A stretch of DNA of 64,000 bases from an uncultured bacterium (GTDB lineage: Bacteria; Bacillota_I; Bacilli_A; RFN20; CAG-826): assembly GCA_949299395.1 (NCBI GenBank), contig CASGAB010000001.1, positions 8,365 through 72,364 on the forward strand. The letters are read 5' to 3'. Below the pieces are notes generated by a model, which saw only the letters and a program-made list of their open reading frames with translations, made no database searches and was not told the origin of the DNA. Shown here piece by piece: positions 16,997-25,700 of the stretch; position 1 is the first letter of the stretch, and each line of letters begins with the position of its first letter. A program made the position numbers and the translations under genes.

Positions 16997-18781
16997 TTAG
17001 AAAATTCTTTCTCCAGTTTCTTCAAATACGTAAATTCTCTTAGCTGAGAAATTAAGATATTCATTTCCTTCACATTCTTTTGCGAGTTCAGAAGAAATAA
17101 TAATTTTAACGTGTCCTTCTTCTACTCCAACGACATCTCCAACAACGGAAATATCTCTACCAATATGTTCAATATTGAAGACTTTAACTTGGATAGGACC
17201 GTTTGGATCTAAAGCAAAATGTTCTGCTCTAATACCAACTTTAACAGTTCTTGTTGGGTTTAATCTTGATTCTAATGAAGCAATAATTCTTTGAACTCTA
17301 TCTTTTGCTTCATCTGTTTGAACACCATTTGAATTTCTTAAGATTTCAATTTGGTGATCTTTAATAGCTTTTGTTCCTTCCCAATCACTTGAAGCATATA
17401 ATTCTTCAATTTGATGAGCATAAGGAATAACTTCAAGAGAAACTTTAGCTTTTTTAGCAAGTTTTTTAACAGTTTTGAATCCAGCTGGTGATGATGCGTT
17501 TTCAACAGCGTCTAATTCATGTAAAACTGCTTCAACTAATGCTTTTTCTTCATCATTATGAGTTTCTACTCTATTAACAAGCATTTTTCCTCTTGCAATA
17601 GCTACTTTATCTTTAACTTCGATAACTTTCTTATTTAATTCTTCTTCACTTGCGTTAAGTAAGACACTAACTTCATTATTAAAGACATCAATAACAGATT
17701 GATCATCATATTTAGTTAAATAGCTCTTAGCATCTTTTAAAGCTTTTCTAACTTCTTTTCTATCTGTAGTAGGTAATACAACATTTGTATAGCAATCAAA
17801 TGTTGGTAAAGATTCTAATAATTCTTTTTCTTTAGCTTTTTGTTCTTTTTTAGAAATAAAATCGTTTGTACCAGAAATAATGTTTGTACCACAAGCATTA
17901 CAATATTTACCATTATGTGAAACAACATTACCACAGTTTGGACAAATAACTTCTTCAATGTGAACTCTATTTAGTGCTTCATCATAGAAAACTTCTTTTT
18001 CAGCAACAAATAATTTACCGTTTTCAACTCTTCCATCAAAAACGTTAATTGCAGGAGTTCCTAAGAACTTAGCAACAAAGAGGTTTGCTGGTTCTTCATA
18101 AACTTTTTGAGGTTCATCTTTTTGTTGAACAATACCATCTTTCATAACAACAATAAAGTCAGAAATTGACATAGCTTCTTCTTGGTCGTGTGTAACAAAG
18201 ATAGTTGTAATTCCTGTTTCTTTTTGAATTCTTTTAATTTCTTCTCTAGTTTGAAGTCTTAATCTAGCATCTAAGTTAGATAAAGGTTCATCTAAAAGAA
18301 GAACTCTAGGTCTTTTTGCTAAAGCTCTAGCGATAGCAACACGTTGTTGTTGACCACCAGAAAGTTCTTTTGGTTTTCTATCTAATAATTTTTCAATATT
18401 AACAATTTTTGCGTTTTCTAAAGCGATTGCGCATTTTTCATCAAATGTGAGCTTTGGAACAACGTTATCTAAAGGGAACATAATGTTTTGTCTAACGTTG
18501 AAATGAGGATAAAGTGCATAGTTTTGGAAAACTAATCCGATTCCACGATTTTCTGGTGGAACATTTGTAACATCTTCGTTTCCAAAGAAGACTTTTCCTT
18601 CAGTGACGGTATGAATACCGGCAATCATATAAAGGGTTGTAGATTTACCACAACCAGAAGGACCTAAAAGACCACAAAGTTTTCCATCTGGGATGTCAAA
18701 AGTCATATTATTAACAGCGACTGTCTTAGCACCTTTCTTTCCTTCAAAAGTTTTAACGAGGTTTTGAATCTTTACTTCCAT
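16997..18781 (-). CDS. ABC transporter ATP-binding protein (MalK/UgpC-like) with a ~270-aa insertion, including a CxxC...CxxC zinc ribbon, inside the C-terminal regulatory domain
   Basis: Walker A 'GPSGCGKST', signature 'LSGGQQQRVAIARAL', Walker B 'LLLDEPLSNLD'. The regulatory domain is interrupted by 'CPNCGNVVSHNGKYCNACG' plus about 250 residues before it resumes 'VKVGIRAEHFAL...'. Confidence 0.85.
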   Translation of the reverse strand: MEVKIQNLVKTFEGKKGAKTVAVNNMTFDIPDGKLCGLLGPSGCGKSTTLYMIAGIHTVTEGKVFFGNEDVTNVPPENRGIGLVFQNYALYPHFNVRQNIMFPLDNVVPKLTFDEKCAIALENAKIVNIEKLLDRKPKELSGGQQQRVAIARALAKRPRVLLLDEPLSNLDARLRLQTREEIKRIQKETGITTIFVTHDQEEAMSISDFIVVMKDGIVQQKDEPQKVYEEPANLFVAKFLGTPAINVFDGRVENGKLFVAEKEVFYDEALNRVHIEEVICPNCGNVVSHNGKYCNACGTNIISGTNDFISKKEQKAKEKELLESLPTFDCYTNVVLPTTDRKEVRKALKDAKSYLTKYDDQSVIDVFNNEVSVLLNASEEELNKKVIEVKDKVAIARGKMLVNRVETHNDEEKALVEAVLHELDAVENASSPAGFKTVKKLAKKAKVSLEVIPYAHQIEELYASSDWEGTKAIKDHQIEILRNSNGVQTDEAKDRVQRIIASLESRLNPTRTVKVGIRAEHFALDPNGPIQVKVFNIEHIGRDISVVGDVVGVEEGHVKIIISSELAKECEGNEYLNFSAKRIYVFEETGERIF

Positions 18782-18917
18782 ACTAAGTTTCCTTTTAATT
18801 TATGAACTATATTTTAGCATTTTAAATCACCAAAAAAAACGATAAAAAAGCATTGTTTTAGATAAGGGAAAAATTAAAAAAAACGCTCGACTCTTTTTTT
18901 ATAAAAAAGGTACGTTT

Positions 18918-20126
18918 TTAATCATTTTTTCCTTCATTATTATCGATATTTTCTAAATTTTGATTAATAACAATATTTTCATCTTTTTTAAAAGAATTTG
19001 TTCTTTCTTCAATTTGCGCCATTAATTTTTCTTCAGTTTCACGATTTAAGAACCAAACACTATTCTTTGTGTCGATTACTTTTGTTAAAGAAATTAAATC
19101 ACTTAAAGAAGTATGATTCTTAGTAAAAATTATTAATGCAAAATCAATTAAATAGAATAATCCTAAAGAAAAATAACCTGCAAAAGCTTCAGCACTAATA
19201 AATAAATATTTAGTTAATATCTGTAATTTAGATACTTGATAATCTTTATTATTCACTAATGCTAAATGCATCATTCTATTAGATATAGTTTGACCATTTT
19301 TTGATAATAACGGTATTATCAAAAAATAGATTATTAGAGCTATTCCTAAAGATACATATAAAGAGTATCTACCAACTCTTTCTAATTCAGTATAAATAGA
19401 ATAATAATTATCTGTATCTCTTAAATAAAAACATGCTTGATGATAACTTCCTGGATAAGATTCAGTATCTGCAAAAATTCTAATATATGCTCTTATATAA
19501 TTTTGATTTTCTGGTGAAGAAAATGGTTTATTTGGGTTTTTTTCATAGATAACACTGCTATAAGTAACTTTATCTAAAATACCAATATTAGAAGAAACAA
19601 CTTCTCCTTTTTCATCAAATGTTAATGGATCACTATATTTATCACCATTAATGATATAAAAAGCTTCAAAATTAGGATATTCTTCGTTATCAATGTTACA
19701 AACATTTTTATAAAACCAAGCATTAAGCTCTTCTTTTGTTGGATCTTTTTCAAAAATAATGCCATAAGAATCAATTTCATCTAAATAAACATAATAAAAG
19801 TTATAAAGCATTTTTAAAAAGACCATGTGAGAGTCTTCATAAGTAAAATAACCATTTTCATCAGTTAGTTTTTCTGCCGAAATATAATTAACTTCACTTA
19901 AAGGTGGTTGACCTAGCTTTGTATCATCAAAAAATAATCCACTATCAACTTGAATTTGTTTAATTTCATTTAATTTTTGAGGAATACGAAAACCATAATC
20001 GATATATCCTTCAACAGTTGGAAGATAAGTAATTGCAACTAAAAAAAGGATAAATAATAAATCTAATAAAAATCCAAAAGCTCTTTTTCCTAAAGAACCA
20101 AGATGAATATCACTAATCTTCTCCAT
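18918..20126 (-). CDS. RDD-family membrane protein with a large inserted soluble domain (paralog D of four)
   Basis: N-terminal 'GKRAFGFLLDLLFILFLV' matches the RDD signature (R...D) followed by a TM helix. A Y/D/E/N-rich domain of about 230 aa follows. C-terminal RDD core 'SKNGQTISNRMMHLALVNNKDY' and TM helices. The start overlaps the upstream paralog by 14 nt. Confidence 0.55.
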   Translation of the reverse strand: MEKISDIHLGSLGKRAFGFLLDLLFILFLVAITYLPTVEGYIDYGFRIPQKLNEIKQIQVDSGLFFDDTKLGQPPLSEVNYISAEKLTDENGYFTYEDSHMVFLKMLYNFYYVYLDEIDSYGIIFEKDPTKEELNAWFYKNVCNIDNEEYPNFEAFYIINGDKYSDPLTFDEKGEVVSSNIGILDKVTYSSVIYEKNPNKPFSSPENQNYIRAYIRIFADTESYPGSYHQACFYLRDTDNYYSIYTELERVGRYSLYVSLGIALIIYFLIIPLLSKNGQTISNRMMHLALVNNKDYQVSKLQILTKYLFISAEAFAGYFSLGLFYLIDFALIIFTKNHTSLSDLISLTKVIDTKNSVWFLNRETEEKLMAQIEERTNSFKKDENIVINQNLENIDNNEGKND

Positions 20127-21108
20127 TTTCTTGATCTGCCTCTAATTCTTCTAAATTTTCATAGATTGTTGATTCTTTCGTGTTACAAACTCTAGAAAAA
20201 GAAATTAAATCTAAAATCGATGCATTTTCTCTATTCATTAAAGTTGCTAACCAGTTAAAAAGGAAGAAAGCTCCATAAATTGGTGCAAGAACAAAGATAT
20301 TATCTTCAATCAAAATGATACAAAGTAAAATAATTGTTGGAATATTTCTAATTAAAAAGAAATATCTTTTTTGATAAATTCCATCTTTTGAAACTAAACC
20401 AACCTTTGTTAAGAATCTTCCTAAAGTAAATCCATATTTATTAGTAAGTGGAGGAATTGCAAAAACTAAAACATAAGGGATGATTGCAGAACAAAAAATA
20501 CGATAAACTCCCTTATTTATAACGCTTTCTCTAGCTATCGAATAAAAATTATCTTTATATAAATCAGAATAAATTTCTCGGTAATGGCGAGAATAAAAAA
20601 CCATTAAATTATTTTTTGCTTCAATTGTTAAAGTTCCGTTTTCACGATCATTCTCGGTATAATTCTCTTCTTTTAAAATACCTAATTTATTTTCATCGAT
20701 ATTATTATTTTCATCGTATTGATATTCAAAATAGGTGTAATCGGTGCCTAATTCTAAGATTTTTGTATTATATTCTTTAATTGTATAAGGTTTTCTATCT
20801 CCACTATTTTCTTTATAAAATTCACTACCAAAATATTTATCGGTTAAATAATATGTTTCAACTACTTCTTTATAATCTTCATAATCACTTGAATGTAATT
20901 GTTGATAATATCCATTTTTATCTTTAACTAATAACCCACTTTCTACTTGAGCAGTAGCAATTAAATTATCTTCGGCTTGAGAATCAAAAGTATATCTAAA
21001 AACAAAAGATGATAAAACAAAAAACAAGACTCCAAAAAGGAAGAAATCAATTAAGACTCCTAAGAAACGGAATGACATTTTTGAATAAGCTACTTTTTTG
21101 TTGATCAT
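20113..21108 (-). CDS. RDD-family membrane protein with an inserted soluble domain (paralog C)
   Basis: 'FRFLGVLIDFFLFGVLFF' and a C-terminal canonical RDD core 'KYGFTLGRFLTKVGLVSKDGIYQKRYFFLIRNI'. A conserved post-TM motif 'VESGLL' is shared with the other paralogs. Confidence 0.6.
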   Translation of the reverse strand: MINKKVAYSKMSFRFLGVLIDFFLFGVLFFVLSSFVFRYTFDSQAEDNLIATAQVESGLLVKDKNGYYQQLHSSDYEDYKEVVETYYLTDKYFGSEFYKENSGDRKPYTIKEYNTKILELGTDYTYFEYQYDENNNIDENKLGILKEENYTENDRENGTLTIEAKNNLMVFYSRHYREIYSDLYKDNFYSIARESVINKGVYRIFCSAIIPYVLVFAIPPLTNKYGFTLGRFLTKVGLVSKDGIYQKRYFFLIRNIPTIILLCIILIEDNIFVLAPIYGAFFLFNWLATLMNRENASILDLISFSRVCNTKESTIYENLEELEADQENGED

Positions 21109-21152
21109 AACTTTTAAACGAATATTACTTTAACATAAAATTATTAATTTTA

Positions 21153-22109
21153 TTAATTACTATTTTTCTTCTTTTCAAAATAATATTCTTCATAATCTAA
21201 ATAAAACTTATTACTTTCATTCATCAAAGAATAAGTTTTAGACATATATTCATTAAAATTCTGTTTGTTTTTAGATATAAACATCATTCCAACACTAAAA
21301 ATAAACGGAATTCCAATAGTAAAAATAGATAGAATAACTTCAATTAAAAAGAACCATAAAAACTTAATAAAAAAATCTTTTTTAGTTAAACATAATCCTT
21401 TTTCATTTAAAGACCCAAATCTAAATATTAGTTTTCCTAAACTTTTATTTCCTCTTTTAAAAATAAGTGGAAATAAAAGATAGAAAACTAATATTGAAAC
21501 TATAAATGAGATTAAAACTATTAGAAGTTGAACAATAAAAATATTAATACTTTCTTTTAAATAAATAGAAGATTGAGTTAAATAAGCTAATGCATTGTTA
21601 TCAATTAAATAAGTATAAAATTTAATAAAATCACCATCTAAAACGTCTTCTTTTTCAATATAAATGTTATTTTCTTTATCAAAAACAAAATAATCTAAAC
21701 CATATTCTTCAATAAATGAATTTAAAATATCTCTTCCTTCGTTTTCTTTTTCGCTATATGAATTAAGTTCGATATAAAAATAATTAGCTCTCTCACTTAA
21801 TTCTTTCTTTTTAACTTCATTAGTTAAGTCTTTATTATCTAAGGAATAATATGAAGAAATCGCAATTAAATCACTATTTTGTTTAACAAAAAGTTTAGAT
21901 TCTAAGCAAACATTTTCAATATTATTAATCGAAGTTTTATAAAAACTGGTTTCTTGATAAACAAGAAGAGATAATAAAACTAAGATAATTGTTAAAAGAA
22001 TTGTCGAAAAAAGATCGATTAATCCAGCAAAAAATCTCTTATATAAAGGGACTTCCTGATAACTTAATTCAATAGTATTGTTATTTTTTTCCAAAACTTC
22101 TTGATTCAT
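21153..22109 (-). CDS. RDD-family membrane protein with an inserted soluble domain (paralog B)
   Basis: 'KRFFAGLIDLFSTILLTIIL' is a classic RDD N-terminus. 'KRGNKSLGKLIFRFGSLNEKG' is the RDD core. Multiple TM helices. Confidence 0.6.
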   Translation of the reverse strand: MNQEVLEKNNNTIELSYQEVPLYKRFFAGLIDLFSTILLTIILVLLSLLVYQETSFYKTSINNIENVCLESKLFVKQNSDLIAISSYYSLDNKDLTNEVKKKELSERANYFYIELNSYSEKENEGRDILNSFIEEYGLDYFVFDKENNIYIEKEDVLDGDFIKFYTYLIDNNALAYLTQSSIYLKESINIFIVQLLIVLISFIVSILVFYLLFPLIFKRGNKSLGKLIFRFGSLNEKGLCLTKKDFFIKFLWFFLIEVILSIFTIGIPFIFSVGMMFISKNKQNFNEYMSKTYSLMNESNKFYLDYEEYYFEKKKNSN

Positions 22110-22124
22110 AGAAATAATTATAAA

Positions 22125-23324
22125 TTATTTTTTTTCTTTCTCGGTTTCTTTGTCTTCGATAATAAAATCTTCACCATTTTTAATTTCTTCATTAGAAACA
22201 AGATTTAAAAGGGATAATCTTTTTTTAGTAAATGGAATTGTAACCATATTAAATAATACGAGAATTATCGAGAAAATTGATACATTCAATATGCTAAATA
22301 AGCCAATAAATAGCATCTGACTATATGAAGGGAAGAATAAAAGAGTAAAAATTAGAGAGACGAAAAGACCTGATAAAAATAACAAAGAAAATTTAGCTAA
22401 ATAATTTAAAAAAGTAAGATTTTTGTTAGTTCTTCGATTATTTCCAACAATTTTAAACATTTTCATCATAAATGTTTGATCTTTTTTAAATATTAAAATA
22501 GGTAAACCAAAATATATTAAGAAAGAAAAAACATAAGAAATAATCATTTCAATAATTAAATAATTGTAATAATCATAATTTAATTGTTCAAAAGCTACAA
22601 AATTAGGGAAATAATTTTTATCATTTGTCTCAAAATCTTTGATAAGTGAATAATAAAAATTAAGATAATCATCATAATATTCATTATAAAGATCTGTATA
22701 ATCGGTCGAATAATCTTCTTCAAAAACATATTTTGCTAAATCTAAAGCAACTTCTTCTTTTAAAACAAATCTTCCTGTTTCGAAGTAATTTTCCTTATAA
22801 TAATCAGCTAAAAATTGATTAAAAGAATTAACAATTCTCTCATTGCTTAAACTTTCATTATCATCTAAAAGGTTGTCTAAGCGATATTCAAAAACATAAT
22901 AATTGATATTTTCTTCGCTATATTCATTAAAAACTTCATAATTTTCATGAATTGAGCCTTTGAAATCATAATTTATATCAGCTAAATAGGTTTTTAAAGA
23001 TCTTCTAACTTCTTTATAAACAACACCGTTTAAACTTAAGAGTTCTTTATCTTCGTTCATCTCTAAAAGACCAGAATCTACCCCGTTTTGATATAATTCA
23101 CTTCTTTTTTCGTTAATTTTAATAATTTTATCATTTACAACAGATACTAAATTACCTAAAGGATAGGCGATTACTCCATTAATAAGTGAAAAAAATATAA
23201 AAAATAATGCTAAATCTAATAAAAAGACTAAAAATCTTTTACCTAATTTAGTTTTTGAATTTTTTGAATAATCTATATCTTTGTTATTAATATTTTTTTT
23301 AGATATTGAAAAAATATTTTTCAT
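22125..23324 (-). CDS. RDD-family membrane protein with an inserted soluble domain (paralog A)
   Basis: 'GKRFLVFLLDLALFFIFFSL', 'VDSGLL', and 3-4 C-terminal TM helices. It starts 3 nt after the stop of the SIR2-like gene. Confidence 0.55.
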   Translation of the reverse strand: MKNIFSISKKNINNKDIDYSKNSKTKLGKRFLVFLLDLALFFIFFSLINGVIAYPLGNLVSVVNDKIIKINEKRSELYQNGVDSGLLEMNEDKELLSLNGVVYKEVRRSLKTYLADINYDFKGSIHENYEVFNEYSEENINYYVFEYRLDNLLDDNESLSNERIVNSFNQFLADYYKENYFETGRFVLKEEVALDLAKYVFEEDYSTDYTDLYNEYYDDYLNFYYSLIKDFETNDKNYFPNFVAFEQLNYDYYNYLIIEMIISYVFSFLIYFGLPILIFKKDQTFMMKMFKIVGNNRRTNKNLTFLNYLAKFSLLFLSGLFVSLIFTLLFFPSYSQMLFIGLFSILNVSIFSIILVLFNMVTIPFTKKRLSLLNLVSNEEIKNGEDFIIEDKETEKEKK

Positions 23325-23327
23325 TTT

Positions 23328-24626
23328 TTAATCAAGTTTATTAAGCCGCTCACCAATTTCTTTATAATCATCAATCCAAATAGTAATTAAATCATAACTA
23401 AAGAAATAATTTGTAACGTCTCTAAAAGTATTTGAATCAAAATTATCTTCTTTTTTCATAAAAATGAAATTAAATTTTAAGAAATTAGATGCTAATTCTA
23501 ATAATCTTTTCATATTTGGATCGGTTAAAGAAATTCCAATAAAAATATTCGTTTTAAAGATGAAATCGTGTAATTGTTTAGCGATATTCCAAGAATATGG
23601 ATTATTATAAAGATAATAATATTCACTTTCATTAAATATTAATGAATCTGTAAACTTTTCTTCATTATATTTATCAAAAGGAAGTAAACCATGAACATGA
23701 TAAATATCTACTTTTGCATCTTTAATTAAAAAAGCATTATCATCATAAACCGTGTTATATAAAATACCTCTTTTTTTAAGGATATATTCTAAATTTGTAT
23801 CGTAATTATATGTAATTACAGTAGTTTTATTATGTTTATCAATAAAATTAGTTAATTCATATAAGGTTGAAGAAGGATCTGTAAAATCAACATAATCTTT
23901 AAATAAATATAATTCTTTATTTAATTCTTTATAAGTATCAAATCCATTAGTTTTTAAAATTTTTGAAGATACAAAAAGTTCATTACCAACATAATGTCTA
24001 ATTTCTTCAATTCTTTCTTCATTTCCTTCATAAAATCTTTCATTTAGAGCCGAAATTAAATTTTTCCAATCTTTAGCACCGTAATTTACATTCATTCCTG
24101 CTCCTAAAATTAAGGAAGTATCAAGTTTATAGGTAAAAAGTTTAAGTAAATAAAGAATAAAAGAATCTTCATTTTCTTCTTTTTTATCTAAATTTAATAA
24201 ATATAAAAGTTCATCTTTAAATATTGAACTACCTTCTTTTTTAAGAGTATATCTAATCTTTTTACCTTCAATAAAACCAATTGCTAAAAAATTATTTTCA
24301 TCAAAATAAATATTTAAAGATGATAAAGGAATATATGGGTCAAAAGTTTTTAAGTTCTTAATTTTAAAGAAATTAACATTACCCATAACATCAATTTCTT
24401 CTAAATTAACTTTAAAAATCGAATTATAAATATGAACGACATATTTATGAATATGATCATGAGAAGAATTAACAACAACTTTAAAATTACATTTTGGATC
24501 AAAATGGAATCCAAAAGAACGAAAAACGATGTTTTTATAGCTAACTCCATTTAAATAATATAAATAAAGTAAAATTAATAAACATTTCTTATTAAATATA
24601 TAGTTCTCGCGATCTTTTTTTCTCAT
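23328..24626 (-). CDS. SIR2_2-family (defence-type sirtuin-like) domain protein with a ~165-aa N-terminal domain of unknown function
   Basis: The C-terminal ~270 aa carry the SIR2_2 hallmark blocks in order: 'LILGAGMNVNYGAKDWKNLISAL' (GAG...W..L), 'TTVITYNYDTNLEYIL' (TNYD.LLE), 'IYHVHGLL...LIFNESEYY' (HxHG...DY), 'IFIGISLTDPNMKRLLE' (FIGYSL.D). It is the first gene of a 5-gene minus-strand operon. Confidence 0.55.
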   Translation of the reverse strand: MRKKDRENYIFNKKCLLILLYLYYLNGVSYKNIVFRSFGFHFDPKCNFKVVVNSSHDHIHKYVVHIYNSIFKVNLEEIDVMGNVNFFKIKNLKTFDPYIPLSSLNIYFDENNFLAIGFIEGKKIRYTLKKEGSSIFKDELLYLLNLDKKEENEDSFILYLLKLFTYKLDTSLILGAGMNVNYGAKDWKNLISALNERFYEGNEERIEEIRHYVGNELFVSSKILKTNGFDTYKELNKELYLFKDYVDFTDPSSTLYELTNFIDKHNKTTVITYNYDTNLEYILKKRGILYNTVYDDNAFLIKDAKVDIYHVHGLLPFDKYNEEKFTDSLIFNESEYYYLYNNPYSWNIAKQLHDFIFKTNIFIGISLTDPNMKRLLELASNFLKFNFIFMKKEDNFDSNTFRDVTNYFFSYDLITIWIDDYKEIGERLNKLD

Positions 24627-24736
24627 AAATATTACCTAAAATATTTTATCAAGAATTAAAGACTATTTCTTTATATTAATTAAGATTCTCTTTTTAAAAG
24701 ATTTAAAAAATAATAAATAGAAAATAAAATATAAGC

Positions 24737-25699
24737 ATGAGATATTTATTATTTAAAATGATTTTTAAAAATATTTGGGAAAAAGCAGATGAAGGTGACC
24801 GTAAAATCAAAGATAATGAGATAAAACCTGAAGGAATTATTAAAAAAGAATATGAAATTCTTTTTCCTAAAAACACTAAGGTTAAATATAAAAGCGATTC
24901 TTTAAAATTTAATATTTATTACAACGAAGAAATCAAAGATCGCCCAGTAATTTTAGATATCCATGGTGGTGGATGGGCTTATGGAAATAAAGATTTAAAT
25001 GATAATTTTTGTTATCACCTTGCTAAAGAAGGTTTTAACGTCGTTTCTTTATCTTATACTCTTGCTTTTAAGGCTCGTTTAATTAATCAACTTCAAGAAA
25101 TTCATTTTTTAGTAAATCATTTAAAAACTAATGAAACAAAATATAATCTTTTAATGGATGATTTCTTCCTTACCGGAGATAGTGCTGGAGGAGAATTATC
25201 ATTTTTATATACTGCAATTATCGTAAATAACTATAAATATGGAGATATTTATAAAATTCATAATAAAAATAATATCGAAATTAAAGGAATCGCCCTAAAT
25301 CATGCTACTTGTTATTTAAAAGATTTAGGAGGACTTCCAGGACATAAAATTATTTCTCATATTTGTGAAGTTGGGGCTAAAAAAATGCTATATGGATCAT
25401 TTGGGAAATTTAAAAAATATTATAATAAAACTGATCCAAATGAGATTTTCCCTACCTCAAATACCTTCCCTCCAATCTTAATTTTAACTAGTAGAGGAGA
25501 TAAGCTTTACAGTTTCCAATCAATTTTATTAAATGATGATTGTAATCTTTATAATATTCCTCATAAATTCATTAATTTAGATAATGAAAAAGCAATTCAT
25601 GTTTTTAACGTTTTATATCCTGATTTAGAAGATTCAATCTATTTCAATACTTCAATTACGAATTATTTCAAAGAAATATTAGAAAAAGGTGGCGAGTAA
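24737..25699 (+). CDS. Alpha/beta-hydrolase fold-3 esterase/lipase (HGGG / GDSAG family)
   Basis: Oxyanion motif 'DIHGGGWAYG' and nucleophile motif 'LTGDSAGG'. Confidence 0.65.
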   Translation: MRYLLFKMIFKNIWEKADEGDRKIKDNEIKPEGIIKKEYEILFPKNTKVKYKSDSLKFNIYYNEEIKDRPVILDIHGGGWAYGNKDLNDNFCYHLAKEGFNVVSLSYTLAFKARLINQLQEIHFLVNHLKTNETKYNLLMDDFFLTGDSAGGELSFLYTAIIVNNYKYGDIYKIHNKNNIEIKGIALNHATCYLKDLGGLPGHKIISHICEVGAKKMLYGSFGKFKKYYNKTDPNEIFPTSNTFPPILILTSRGDKLYSFQSILLNDDCNLYNIPHKFINLDNEKAIHVFNVLYPDLEDSIYFNTSITNYFKEILEKGGE

Positions 25700-25700
25700 A

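Noticed and set aside
18782-18917. Possible intrinsic terminator between the last RDD paralog and ABC operon B
   Set aside because: The region has A/T runs and a short CGCTCG/GTCGAC element but no convincing GC stem followed by a U-tract. Read-through or a promoter are both possible, so I left it unannotated.
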